The position numbers and the translations under genes are program-made. The notes under the pieces were generated by a model. The model was not told where the DNA came from, did not search any database, and saw nothing but the letters and a program-made list of their open reading frames with translations. This document shows positions 42,171 through 52,279 of a DNA stretch of 64,000 nucleotides, piece by piece (the first letter of the stretch is position 1; each line of letters begins with the position of its first letter). The stretch comes from an uncultured delta proteobacterium (GTDB lineage: Bacteria; Desulfobacterota; Desulfobacteria; Desulfobacterales; JAHEIW01). The stretch is from the NCBI GenBank assembly GCA_963706575.1, contig CAVPNL010000004.1, forward strand, positions 512,001-576,000, in the 5' to 3' direction.

Positions 42171-42232
42171 TACCCTTATCGGTGACCTCCAACCGGAGGC
42201 ACCCGCCCCCCTCGGATGTATTTCAGCCGATT

Positions 42233-42463
42233 CTAACTTTCCATGAGTTCGGCTGTCAGATCTTCACGCACGTCATAATCAAGTGATTTTATGCTGGGAA
42301 ATAGGTCAACGAGGATTTTTTTTGTTTTTTCGATGCCGCTGATCGCCTGATACATCTTGTTGTTTTCGGCTTTGGTCAGATCCAGTTGTCCGCTAATTTC
42401 ATCAATGTCATCCAGTATAAAATCCAATTCGTTGATGACTCGTAGAAAATCCTGAGTCTCCAT
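42233..42463 (-). CDS. Small acidic hypothetical protein
   Basis: AAGGAGG RBS before METQDFL; 76 aa. Confidence 0.65.
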   Translation of the reverse strand: METQDFLRVINELDFILDDIDEISGQLDLTKAENNKMYQAISGIEKTKKILVDLFPSIKSLDYDVREDLTAELMES

Positions 42464-42534
42464 AGTTGCCTCCTTTTTTTGAGTCCCCCCTACCAGGAAA
42501 TTTATCGGCAACTACAGGAAAAACTTAAGCATTT

Positions 42535-43173
42535 TTATTTCATAATCCTGGAATGCGGATGTTTCTTAACCCATTGTTTCCATTGGGTGTCCTCAAAGGC
42601 CAGCTTGGAGAGCTGTCTTTTAAAATAAACGCCCTGGATGCTCATCAGCCCTTGAGCGTTCGGATACCACAACGAACCGGTTTCTTTATCATATAAAACA
42701 AAGGTGCTGTCATAGGTCCAGCCTGCAGGCACCAGCGTTATATTGCGACCGTCGATCTGGCGGCTGTACACAGCCGCTAAATTTACAAGTGGTCAGTAAG
42801 CCGCTGCAATGGGACGGTCGCCGATAAAGCTGTTGGCCACCTCGTGGCGCCAGAGTTTTGATACAGCGTAAGCGTTGGCATGTTCGCCTTCGTTGATGCC
42901 GATAACGCGTTCGTTACGCCGCACCCCGGAGTTATCTCTGTTAAACTGTGAATCATCAAGCGGTGTAAATGCATTACGCCCGATTCCGTGTTGAAAACGC
43001 TGGGGCTCAAAACCAATCGACACGGCCTGGGTAACATCCCAGCGCTCGCCATGCTGATCGACAATATAGGTTTTGCCTTTTTCCTCGATGACGCTGGAAA
43101 ATGCCTGGCTCAGGGCAATGACCAGAATCAGTCCCAATAAAATTATCTTTAAAATTATCAATTTTCGAAACAT
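42535..43173 (-). CDS. DUF3179-like exported selenoprotein (Sec at TGA 42793-42795)
   Basis: Two track ORFs are in frame across one TGA: HEVAN...AAAY-U-PLV...LYDKETGSLW...WKQWVKKHP; GGAGG RBS; signal peptide; 212 aa. Confidence 0.8.
42760..42777 (-). promoter_or_regulatory. Putative bacterial SECIS hairpin
   Basis: GCGGCTG-TGTA-CAGCCGC starting 15 nt after the UGA. Confidence 0.65.
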
Positions 43174-43255
43174 ATTGGACCTCCCCAAAAAAAAATAAGG
43201 TTTCAAACAAAAAATTTCCCCAGAAATTGGTCGGCTATACGCCTTTATTCTTACA

Positions 43256-43370
43256 ATTCAGGTTTCAGGTGTCAGTGTTCAGGTGTCAGTTTTACGAACC
43301 TGATGACAGGAGAATTATCTGATTCCGCACTCTATCATCTGTTTGCTGACACCTGAAACCCGATGCCGAA
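43256..43370. repeat. Heptamer (TCAGGTG/CACCTGA) inverted repeat element
   Basis: TTCAGGTGTCAG tandem units with inverted CTGACACCTGAA. Confidence 0.6.
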
Positions 43371-43641
43371 TTAGCACGTGAGGTGGAACGCGGCTGCCAC
43401 ATCCCTGCCCACAGCAACCAAGTGATCAAAATAAAATTAATCAAGTCTCGACAAAGGCGGCACCTAAAATTGCTTTCCACAAGATTATGTGCTTTAACAG
43501 GAACACTTCTGATTATTTTCGCCAATGAAACGAATATGTTGGCGGGGTCGGTGATATACATGACCACCCAAAATTTAAATATCGATTTAAACAAAAAGGT
43601 GCCGTTTGATCTGGTGCGTTCGTGGGTAAAAGGAGAGTGAG

Positions 43642-44574
43642 GTGACTGAAAGCATAGATTTTGATGGTGCAGGTATCGCAGATCAACTGGCCGGGGTGGC
43701 AGGCATCGAGGTAAAAACTGATGAAATGATCGCGCCCTATACCACCTATAGAATTGGCGGTCCGGCAGCGATCTGGGCTGCTCCCGCAAGCGAGGACGGT
43801 ATCGGTGAGGTGCTCGCGATCGTGCGCGAGACCGGCATCCCTATGTTTATCCTGGGTCACGGCTCGAATTTATTAGTTTCAGATAAAGGCTGGCCGGGGG
43901 TCATACTTTATCTGGGCGCCAATCTCAGCGGATGGCGTTTTGATAACACACGGGCCACCGTCATGGCCGGCACGCGTTTGCTGGACCTGATCCAGGATGC
44001 GGTTGACCAGGGGCTCGGCGGTATGGAACTGATGGCTGGAATCCCCGGTGGCGTTGGTGGAGCGCTACGGATGAACGCGGGAGCTTTCGGACAGGAAATC
44101 GAGCAGACAACGGTTGCGGTAAAAGGTTTCCGAATGGACGGCACGCCTTTTGAGGCCGCCAGAAAAGAAATTAATTTCAGCTATCGGCGGGTTCCGCAGC
44201 TGGAGCGGGTGGTGATCACCTCCGGGGAATTCCGCTTTAAAAAAACAGCTGCCAGCATATTAAAGCAACGGATGAATGATATCCTGGAATTACGCGCAAA
44301 AAAACAACCATTGAATTACCCTTCATGCGGCAGTGTTTTCAAGCGCCCTCCGGGTTATTATGCAGGCGCATTAATCGAAGAAGCCGGCTTGAAGGGTGAA
44401 CGCGTCGGTGATGCCATAATCAGTCCCAAACATGCCGGATTTATCCTGAACACCGGCAAGGCGAGCGCCGCCGATGTCTTCAGCCTGATCCGCAGAATCG
44501 AAGATAAGGTATGGGAGCGGTTTGGCGTAAAGCTTGAGAGGGAAGTAAAGCTCATCGGTGAGTTTAACGATTAA
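43642..44574 (+). CDS. murB: UDP-N-acetylenolpyruvoylglucosamine reductase
   Basis: RIGGPA, GIPGGVGGALRMNAGA, SCGSVFKRP and HAGF motifs. Confidence 0.95.
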   Translation: MTESIDFDGAGIADQLAGVAGIEVKTDEMIAPYTTYRIGGPAAIWAAPASEDGIGEVLAIVRETGIPMFILGHGSNLLVSDKGWPGVILYLGANLSGWRFDNTRATVMAGTRLLDLIQDAVDQGLGGMELMAGIPGGVGGALRMNAGAFGQEIEQTTVAVKGFRMDGTPFEAARKEINFSYRRVPQLERVVITSGEFRFKKTAASILKQRMNDILELRAKKQPLNYPSCGSVFKRPPGYYAGALIEEAGLKGERVGDAIISPKHAGFILNTGKASAADVFSLIRRIEDKVWERFGVKLEREVKLIGEFND

Positions 44575-44606
44575 AAAAAAGCTTCAGGATTATAAAAATA
44601 AAAATA

Positions 44607-44686
44607 CACCACGAAGATCACGAAGTACACAAAGAATGATTTAAAAATAATTGAAATCCTTCGTGAACTTCGTGCTCTTTGTGGTG
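44607..44686. repeat. CACGAAG/CTTCGTG inverted repeat element, copy 1
   Basis: CACCACGAAG...CTTTGTGGTG; related copy at 50238-50326. Confidence 0.7.
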
Positions 44687-44699
44687 ATATAAATACAAA

Positions 44700-46031
44700 A
44701 TGAAATCTGACCCCCCCCGGAACAACCGGCAGCTCACTCGATTTTTCATCCCGCTGGCACTTCAAGCGGCATCTCAGGCCCTTTCCTATCCCCTGATAGC
44801 GATGGTTGCCTCGCGCGGCCCCGGCGGTCCGCTGAACCTTGCCGGGCTGGCCCAATCCACCACTATAATGATCTTTCTAGGAATGTTCTGCATCTCCTAT
44901 GTCACGACGGGTATGATTTATGCCACTTCCCGGGAAGGCTATCAAAAATTTAGGAATATCGTCCTGATGACAGGTTTCGGTGTGATTACTGTTCAGGCCG
45001 CCCTGTGTATTCCCTGGCTTTCGCACCTGCTGTTCGGCAATTTGATCGGGCTTCCGCCTTCGATCGCATCACCGGCAAAAATCACGCTGCTGGCCACCAT
45101 CCCGGTCCAGTTTTTATTCTTTCTGCGCACCCCCTATCTCGTCGTTATGTACATTGGCAGAGCCACTGGAAAGGCCAGTCTGGCAACCATAGCCCGAATT
45201 GTCGTAACCGCCGCCCTCTCCCCGCTTTTCTGTCTTATGGATCTGGTGGGGCCGGTCTGGGCAGTGGTCTGCCTGACGTTGCCTGCAGCCCTCGAATGCC
45301 TGCTGGCGAGATTATTTGCCCATCCATTTCTAAAAAGACTGAAATCTTCAACGACAACTCCGCCGGGGGCCGGTGAAATTTTCTTCTTCAATCTACCGCT
45401 GTCAATCGGCGGTTATTTACTGACTGCTTCGGCGATCATCATGGGTGCATTTATCGCCAGAGCGCCGGATCCCGAGCGCGTATTGCCGATCTGCTATCTG
45501 GCTCTGGGGCTGGCCAATCCGGTTGCATTTGCGGCAACGCGCATCCAGACAATGGTCCTGGCATTTCCACCGGCCGACCTCAAAGATCGCCTGACGTTTC
45601 GATTTGCTCTGGGAGCCGGAGTGGTTTTGGGGCTGCTGCCGCTGATTTTTATTCTACCCGGTCTGATTGAATTGTATTACATCACCTTGCAAAAATTGAA
45701 GCCGGCCGATATGGGACTGGTCAGGATCACTGCCATCGGCTTGATATTTTATCCCTTTAGTGTGGCTATCCGGGCGCAAAGTGAAGGGCTCGCTGCCTGG
45801 TTAAAAAGACCCACAACGGTGATGGCCGGACATACGATCTTCCTGGCAACCATTATCGCCTCCGGCTTCCTTTTGCTTTTGCTGGGTGCTCCCGGATTTA
45901 TCATCTGTGCGGCGATACTGCCCGCGGGAAGTCTGGCTTCCTCACTCACCATGCGGGCATTGATGAGCCGATCCAGGCCAAAGCCCACACCCGTCGCCCC
46001 GACAACGACCTCGGTGGGGCATGTAAGGTGA
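44700..46031 (+). CDS. Multi-pass membrane protein, possibly MOP/MATE-like
   Basis: About 12 hydrophobic segments in two halves (FFIPLAL / FFNLPLSI). Confidence 0.55.
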   Translation: MKSDPPRNNRQLTRFFIPLALQAASQALSYPLIAMVASRGPGGPLNLAGLAQSTTIMIFLGMFCISYVTTGMIYATSREGYQKFRNIVLMTGFGVITVQAALCIPWLSHLLFGNLIGLPPSIASPAKITLLATIPVQFLFFLRTPYLVVMYIGRATGKASLATIARIVVTAALSPLFCLMDLVGPVWAVVCLTLPAALECLLARLFAHPFLKRLKSSTTTPPGAGEIFFFNLPLSIGGYLLTASAIIMGAFIARAPDPERVLPICYLALGLANPVAFAATRIQTMVLAFPPADLKDRLTFRFALGAGVVLGLLPLIFILPGLIELYYITLQKLKPADMGLVRITAIGLIFYPFSVAIRAQSEGLAAWLKRPTTVMAGHTIFLATIIASGFLLLLLGAPGFIICAAILPAGSLASSLTMRALMSRSRPKPTPVAPTTTSVGHVR

Positions 46032-46075
46032 GCTGCCAGGATGATATGTCGAGGGCTCTGAAATGAGTTTTATTA

Positions 46076-46298
46076 GAACCCATCTCAAAAATAGGATTTT
46101 GGTTCAAGATTCCGTCTTCGCCTAAAGGCTTCGCCGAGAAACGCGCGGCGGGGCCGAGCTTTTCCCGCTAAGCGGGACTTCCCACCTGATCTTAAAATCG
46201 TTGTGGGTCGAAACCGGAGGCATACTGTTGTATGTCGAGGATTTAAAGCGAGGCACCAACAAAGATATTGGGCCAAAAGACATTTTTGAGATGGGTTC
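46076..46298. mobile_element. MITE copy 1 (223 bp, 17-bp TIR, TA flanks)
   Basis: TA-GAACCCATCTCAAAAAT...ATTTTTGAGATGGGTTC-TA; homolog at 57404-57593. Confidence 0.85.
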
Positions 46299-46495
46299 TA
46301 GGCGTCTTCCCAGAAAATGCACTCCACCGGACACGTCTCGATGGCTTCTTCAATACAGTCCTCCGGCCCGCCTTCGGGCAGGATGACCTCTGCTTTTTCC
46401 TCAGCTTCGTTAAACGCAAAGACCTCTGAGCAAAGTTCCACGCAGCTTTCACATCCGATACATTCATCGGCGTCGATAACAACTCGTTTGGCCAT
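46298..46495 (-). CDS. Single-cluster ferredoxin (65 aa)
   Basis: CIGCESC...CPV; AAGGAG RBS. Confidence 0.9.
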   Translation of the reverse strand: MAKRVVIDADECIGCESCVELCSEVFAFNEAEEKAEVILPEGGPEDCIEEAIETCPVECIFWEDA

Positions 46496-46795
46496 AGTTG
46501 GATCTCCTTTTTGTGAGTTTTTAAGTAAATGATTTTGCTGTAGCCCAAATTGAATTCTTAAGATAATGTTTGCCACCGTAAAAGCAAGAAAATTAGCGTA
46601 ATCATTCAGCAACTTGCATTCAGATGGGCACGAATCGGCCTAAATGCCCTCCCATATCGCCGGGCAATAAACAAACAATTGAATTCCTGCTTGCCCTTTG
46701 CGCCTAAAATACAGTATCCAACATCGTGCATCGTACAACAACAATCATTATAGTCGATAGGCCCGATACCCCATAATAATCAGTAGCTGAATACC

Positions 46796-48028
46796 ATGAA
46801 ACTTTTCAATATCCTGGCCATCTTGATAACACTGTCTGCGGGCTTCAGCTATATTAACCATCGCTTTATCCGGTTGCCGACCACCATCGGTCTGATGACA
46901 ATAGCCCTTCTGGCTTCGCTGGGGCTGATCGCTTTGGGGCCGCTGGGGTTTGGCTTAAAAGAAGATGCCCGCCTTTTTCTCAACAGCATTGATTTCGATG
47001 AAACCTTACTCCACGGCATGCTCAGCTTTTTACTGTTTGCCGGGGCCTTACATGTCAACCTGGCAGACCTGGCCAGACAAAAATATATCATCGGCACTCT
47101 GGCAACTCTGGGAGTCATCGGATCTACCTTTATTATCGGATTTGCCAGCTGGTGGCTTCTGGGCTGGCTGGGTATTGAATTGCCTTTCATATACTGCCTT
47201 TTGTTCGGTGCCCTGATCTCACCCACAGACCCGATAGCGGTAATGGGTATCTTAAAAAGGGCCGGCGTACCGGAAAGTCTTGAAACCAAAATTACCGGCG
47301 AATCGTTATTCAATGACGGTGTCGCTGTCGTGGTATTTCTGGTTATACTGGAAATAGCGACCGGAACCCAAGGAATCACTGCCGCTTCAGTGGCGGCTTT
47401 GTTCTTGAAAGAGGTGGTGGGTGGATTGATTTTCGGGTTGCTGATCGGGGCCATTGCTTATTGGATGCTCAAAAGTGTGGAGAACTATCAGGTAGAGATC
47501 CTGATTACCCTGGCACTGGTAACCGGCGGTTTTGCACTCGCCGATGTGCTGCACCTTTCCGGCCCGATTGCCATTGTTGTGGCCGGGTTGCTGATCGGCA
47601 ATCACGGACGCATGCTGGCAATGTCCGACGAGGTCCGCGATCATCTTGATAAATTCTGGGAACTGGTTGATGAAATCTTAAATGGGGTGCTCTTTGTGCT
47701 GATCGGCCTTGAGGTTTTGATTCTAACCTTTAACCGGGCTTACATTTTAGCAGGAATCATTCTTATTCCCCTTTTACTGGCCGTTCGTTTTGTCTGTGTT
47801 GGAATACCGGTGGTAATTCTGAAGCGTTTCCGCACCTTCAGCCCTCATGTGATCAAAATCCTCACCTGGGGAGGCCTGCGGGGCGGCATTTCGGTTGCCC
47901 TGGCATTGTCCCTGCCGGCCGGTGAAAATCGCGAAGCCATTCTGGCGGTCACCTATGCCATTGTTGTATTTTCCATCATCGTCCAGGGTCTGACCATCGG
48001 CAAGCTCGTGAAATCAAAAGAACCTTAG
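46796..48028 (+). CDS. CPA1/NhaP-type Na+/H+ antiporter
   Basis: SPTDPIAV, GESLFNDG and WGGLRG motifs. Confidence 0.92.
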   Translation: MKLFNILAILITLSAGFSYINHRFIRLPTTIGLMTIALLASLGLIALGPLGFGLKEDARLFLNSIDFDETLLHGMLSFLLFAGALHVNLADLARQKYIIGTLATLGVIGSTFIIGFASWWLLGWLGIELPFIYCLLFGALISPTDPIAVMGILKRAGVPESLETKITGESLFNDGVAVVVFLVILEIATGTQGITAASVAALFLKEVVGGLIFGLLIGAIAYWMLKSVENYQVEILITLALVTGGFALADVLHLSGPIAIVVAGLLIGNHGRMLAMSDEVRDHLDKFWELVDEILNGVLFVLIGLEVLILTFNRAYILAGIILIPLLLAVRFVCVGIPVVILKRFRTFSPHVIKILTWGGLRGGISVALALSLPAGENREAILAVTYAIVVFSIIVQGLTIGKLVKSKEP

Positions 48029-48335
48029 ACTTTTAAAAATCAAATTTCTTGTACAAATTCATACAAAAAGATCGCCTGCTGAATTTGGGCCGAAATCTCG
48101 CTACGGCAAAATATTCATCATATTGTATGAATTCGTAAAACGATTTCAGGATTCCTGGCAAACCCTCAAAACCACGGGAAACAACGACCCCAAACAAGTT
48201 GCGTTATGCGTTTCGATCTGGTAGGCTGCGCCTTTAATTTATTGGTGATCATAATCCGGGTTGTTTTGCAGTTGATCATTAAGCCAAGATTGCATGACAA
48301 TTTGACAAACACAGGCAGTTTAAGGAGACCCAAGA

Positions 48336-48701
48336 ATGGCTGAAGAGCAAAATCCACAGGCGGAATTGAAGATCGATAGAAGCAATCTTTATAGAGAAGA
48401 AACTTTCACGGATCTTAAAGTGGGAATGATCAAACGGATGACACCCGTTAAGTCCGACGGTGCTGACGATAAAACCCGAAAATCGGTTTTCGTGGGCCAA
48501 ACCTCCCTGATGACACCCGGAGGGCCTTTGCCGCTTCAGGCGGTCATTCAGGCCAAGGATCTGCAGCAGGCGATTAAAAAATTCCCGGAGGCCATGAAGG
48601 TGGCAATGGATCGGCTGGCCGAGGAAGCCAAAAAATATCAGCAACAGGAACAGAGGCGTGCTGAACAATCGGAATCCCGCATTATCGTGCCCGGCAGATA
48701 A
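48336..48701 (+). CDS. Hypothetical cytoplasmic protein
   Basis: NLYREETFTDLKVG...SRIIVPG; AAGGAG RBS. Confidence 0.75.
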   Translation: MAEEQNPQAELKIDRSNLYREETFTDLKVGMIKRMTPVKSDGADDKTRKSVFVGQTSLMTPGGPLPLQAVIQAKDLQQAIKKFPEAMKVAMDRLAEEAKKYQQQEQRRAEQSESRIIVPGR

Positions 48702-48971
48702 ACCAAGGAATTTTGGCGTATTCAGATGAAAGGCATCGCAATCTAAGGTGCCTTCTTCTTTTTTCAATCAACTGCTTCTCGGACAAAAGATACCGCCCGA
48801 CCCAAGTTACTAGATTGAAAATTTTTCACCTTTCTTACTAGGTATTTTCTAGTAAGTTTATTAGCAGATCTATCTTTATAGGCCAAAATGCATCATTTAA
48901 TCCAAGCTCAGGGATAGTCTGTTTTATTTTTGGAAATTAATAAAACCCGCATGTCGCCCGGGAGAACAACC

Positions 48972-50216
48972 ATGTCCTTTTTAAAAATATTTTCGGGGAA
49001 GACCCCTGAAGCGCACGAACAAAAGGGTGATGAGCTGTTTGCGGATGATCTTTGGGGTAAAGCCAAGGTCGAATACGAACGGGCCCTGGACAAATTAGAC
49101 AAGGCCGTCCCGCAAAACGATAATCTAAAATTCCGGCTCCAGGAAAAAATCCAACGCACAAAAGCATCCCTGGCCCATAGCCACAAACACAATGCAGATG
49201 ACATGCTGGAAGCTGGCTTTTACCATGACGCGCGCGAATTGTACACACTGGCCCTGGAGCTTACCGAAGACGTCCAGCTTAAAACGGATCTGGCAGAAAA
49301 GCTTGAACAGCTCGATTTTAAGATGAGCAAAGAAGTTGAAGAAACGTACGTGGATTATGACGCTGACGAGGAGCAGGCCGGAGAGGAACAACCTATAGAA
49401 CCAAACGGACAGGGTGACGAATATTTCACGGCATTGTGCGGGACGTTGCCCGCGGATGTTCAAAAAGCATATCGCCGCTATGGTGATAATTTCAAAAAGG
49501 GGTATCTGGCTTTGAACCAGGGTGATTTTGCCGAGGCGGCGGCTTTTTTGAGCACGGCTATGGAAGAAAATCCAACAGCCGACAGCTATATCCCGCTGGA
49601 GCTGGCTACAGCCTATTTAAATCTGCAAAAGCACCCGGAAGCGCGACAGCTGCTGGAAACATTTATAGAAGACCAGCCCCAGGCGTTGCCCGCCTACCAA
49701 CTTCTGTGCGAAATCTATTGGGAGACCGGCGCGTTTGATCAGGCCGATGCCCTTCTGGATTCGGTGCCCGCAGAGCTGACCGACTCCGTAGCGGTGTTTA
49801 TCTTAAAAGGGGAGACACTGTTTCACTCCGGAAATCACAGCGGGGCAAAGGAATTATATCAAAACTTTTTCAAGACCTATAGCTGGAACGAGGCGGTTGC
49901 CCGGGCGCTGGCCAAAACCCATGAGGCCCTCAACGAGTTTGCCAATGCCCGCAATCTGTACCGCAACATAATGGATGAATGCCGCAGCTGTCATGCCCGC
50001 ATCGACCCGTTTATCAAACAACGTTACGCGGATCTTTGCTTTGATTCCGGAATGCTGAATACCGATATCTTGGATCTGTATATTTCCCTGGCCCAGGAAA
50101 TCCCCGACAATGCCGCCGCGTATTATGAAAAGGTCAGCCGCATCTATGCCGCCCAGGGTAACCATACTGAGGCCGGAAGATTCCGCGCCATCGCCGAAAA
50201 AATGGCCCAACAATAA
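48972..50216 (+). CDS. TPR-repeat protein
   Basis: Repeated helical A..YE.AL patterns; GGAG RBS before MSFLK. Confidence 0.75.
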   Translation: MSFLKIFSGKTPEAHEQKGDELFADDLWGKAKVEYERALDKLDKAVPQNDNLKFRLQEKIQRTKASLAHSHKHNADDMLEAGFYHDARELYTLALELTEDVQLKTDLAEKLEQLDFKMSKEVEETYVDYDADEEQAGEEQPIEPNGQGDEYFTALCGTLPADVQKAYRRYGDNFKKGYLALNQGDFAEAAAFLSTAMEENPTADSYIPLELATAYLNLQKHPEARQLLETFIEDQPQALPAYQLLCEIYWETGAFDQADALLDSVPAELTDSVAVFILKGETLFHSGNHSGAKELYQNFFKTYSWNEAVARALAKTHEALNEFANARNLYRNIMDECRSCHARIDPFIKQRYADLCFDSGMLNTDILDLYISLAQEIPDNAAAYYEKVSRIYAAQGNHTEAGRFRAIAEKMAQQ

Positions 50217-50237
50217 CAGGTGTTTGAGATGTTTATA

Positions 50238-50326
50238 TTTTACCACGAAGTTCACAAAGGACATGAAATAAGAAATCTAAATTATTTACAGCAATCTTTT
50301 TGCTCTTCGTGATCTTTGTGGTAAAA
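50238..50326. repeat. CACGAAG/CTTCGTG inverted repeat element, copy 2
   Basis: TTTTACCACGAAG...CTTTGTGGTAAAA. Confidence 0.65.
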
Positions 50327-50361
50327 AAAACCTGGTTAAATAGAAGCTAAAGCGTAAATAC

Positions 50362-50559
50362 ATGGCCAACGAATACCTCATTGAGATACACAATTACATC
50401 AGCGAAAAAATCGTTTGCGCTCAAAACCGAAAAGTCGAGGCGAATGCCAATACCGAAATGGAATCACGACGGTTTTATGAAGGCCAGTTAAAAGAATGGC
50501 ATCACCTGCGCACATACCTGGCTGAAAAGGTGGACCTAAAGACCCAGAAATACTTCTAA
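50362..50559 (+). CDS. Small hypothetical protein (similar to next gene)
   Basis: 65 aa; YL.EI...EG...YL pattern. Confidence 0.65.
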   Translation: MANEYLIEIHNYISEKIVCAQNRKVEANANTEMESRRFYEGQLKEWHHLRTYLAEKVDLKTQKYF

Positions 50560-50561
50560 AA

Positions 50562-50777
50562 ATGGCTTATATTTATCTACTCGATATTTACAAACTGATA
50601 GATCAACGGATGGAAGATGCGAAAGCAGCCATGGGAAACGTATCCGCGGATCCGAATGAAATAAAATACGAGGAAGGTCGAATCAAAGCACTTACGGATT
50701 TTAAGGATTATCTGATACAAAATTTTAATCCCAAGCTTCCCCGCCGCATCAGAGAAGACTTCGAACTTAAAAATTAA
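50562..50777 (+). CDS. Small hypothetical protein (similar to previous gene)
   Basis: 71 aa; YL.DI...EG...YL pattern; starts 2 bp after the previous stop. Confidence 0.65.
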   Translation: MAYIYLLDIYKLIDQRMEDAKAAMGNVSADPNEIKYEEGRIKALTDFKDYLIQNFNPKLPRRIREDFELKN

Positions 50778-50806
50778 TTGATTTGATTAATTAAATTTAG
50801 AAAAAC

Positions 50807-51616
50807 ATGCTGTTTAAACCAAATTTTAATCCACCTGCTGCTGAGCCTGCATCTGCCTTTTGGTTCATTTTTGATAAAAGCCGGTTGCTGATAAAAATCG
50901 AAAACGACAGCTGTTCCATTCCCGATACATCCGATCTAAAAAAAATCAAATCCGCTATTATTCGAAAACAGTACCTTGGAACATTAGATGACCGCCCGTG
51001 TTTTGCAGCCGAATTCTCCGGCAACTCGATTCGGGACACGGAATTGGCATTTAAAGATCTGCGGGGACTGTTCGGAATGCTGGAAGAGGACTTGATCTGG
51101 ATCGCCGGTCGTGCCAATCAGTTGGTGAACTGGAGTCAAACCCATCGGCACTGCGGAAGATGCGGCAAGCTTACCGAAGATAAGACAGACGAGCGGGCCA
51201 AAACCTGCCCGGAATGCGGCCTGGTTAACTACCCCCGCCTCTCTCCGGCCGTTATTGTTGCCGTGCTGAAAAATGATCGAATCCTGCTGGGCCGCAATAA
51301 ACGCTTTAGATTGCCGTTTTATAGTGTTTTGGCCGGCTTTGTGGAACCGGGAGAAACCCTGGAAGAATGTGTTAAGCGGGAAATCCGCGAAGAAGTCAGT
51401 ATAACGGTAAAAAATATCTGCTATTTCGGCAGCCAGCCGTGGCCGTTTCCGGATTCACTGATGATTGCGTTTGTTGCCGATTACGCCGGAGGTGAAATCA
51501 GCACGGATGGATCAGAAATCATCGATGCCGCCTGGTTTGCAAAAGACAATCTACCGCAAATTCCCCCCAAAATCAGTATTGCCCGGCAGCTGATCGATTG
51601 GTTCGTCCATAGCTAA
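50807..51616 (+). CDS. nudC: NAD(H) diphosphatase NudC
   Basis: CGRCG...CPEC, YPRLSPA, Nudix box AGFVEPGETLEECVKREIREE and SQPWPFP. Confidence 0.93.
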   Translation: MLFKPNFNPPAAEPASAFWFIFDKSRLLIKIENDSCSIPDTSDLKKIKSAIIRKQYLGTLDDRPCFAAEFSGNSIRDTELAFKDLRGLFGMLEEDLIWIAGRANQLVNWSQTHRHCGRCGKLTEDKTDERAKTCPECGLVNYPRLSPAVIVAVLKNDRILLGRNKRFRLPFYSVLAGFVEPGETLEECVKREIREEVSITVKNICYFGSQPWPFPDSLMIAFVADYAGGEISTDGSEIIDAAWFAKDNLPQIPPKISIARQLIDWFVHS

Positions 51617-51620
51617 AGCA

Positions 51621-51731
51621 GGTTAGCCCGTTGAGTCCCGCTTTTAGCGGGATTGAGCGTGTTAAATAATGGATTCTGTCTGATTTATTTTTTACGGAAT
51701 AATGGGCTAACGGGCTCAACGGGCAACGGGA
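51621..51731. repeat. Inverted repeat element (CCCGTT/AACGGG) with internal TCCCGC hairpin
   Basis: AGCCCGTTGAG...CTCAACGGGC between convergent genes. Confidence 0.55.
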
Positions 51732-51756
51732 AAATCCGCCTAAACGCCAAAGGCAT

Positions 51757-52065
51757 TTATGTGGGTGCCATGACTTGAACGCTTAGATTTTCAACATAAT
51801 CGGCAACCGCATCGCGATAGGCGGCCATATGGGGCGTTTTGAGGTGCGCCACAAGATGTTCAAGGCTCTCCCAGGCTTCAACAATGGTCACCACGTTCTC
51901 CCTGACCGCCCCCTGGGCCGCTAAGCCGGAATCAACGTCAAGCACCGGCTCATAGGCCAAGCATCCCGCTTCGGCTTTTACGTTCGGAACATTTTCTTGC
52001 AAAACCGCCAGGTATGCTTTTCTGCAATTCGGCTTGAGCTCAATGGTGGCAATTACATGAATCAT
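51757..52065 (-). CDS. ABM-family putative quinol monooxygenase
   Basis: AEAGCLAYE...EAWES...HLKTPHM. Confidence 0.85.
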   Translation of the reverse strand: MIHVIATIELKPNCRKAYLAVLQENVPNVKAEAGCLAYEPVLDVDSGLAAQGAVRENVVTIVEAWESLEHLVAHLKTPHMAAYRDAVADYVENLSVQVMAPT

Positions 52066-52279
52066 GTGTATTTTCCCCCTTTCACTAGAAGTGGTTTCAA
52101 AATCGCATTTATTTTAAAAAAAGTCTACCTCAGAAATAATCAAGCGGTCAGGCTTGAAAGACGAATCTAACCTTCATTCAATAATAAGCAATTGCCTTGC
52201 TCGTATCCAGTTTTTGCTTGCAACGAGCGCAGGCATCAATTATCCATATTCAATTCGTTTGCCGGAAAGGAATTTCCTT

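Noticed and set aside
43383..43640. 85-aa ORF upstream of murB
   Set aside because: No recognisable motif and a weak start; could be a remnant but is not supportable
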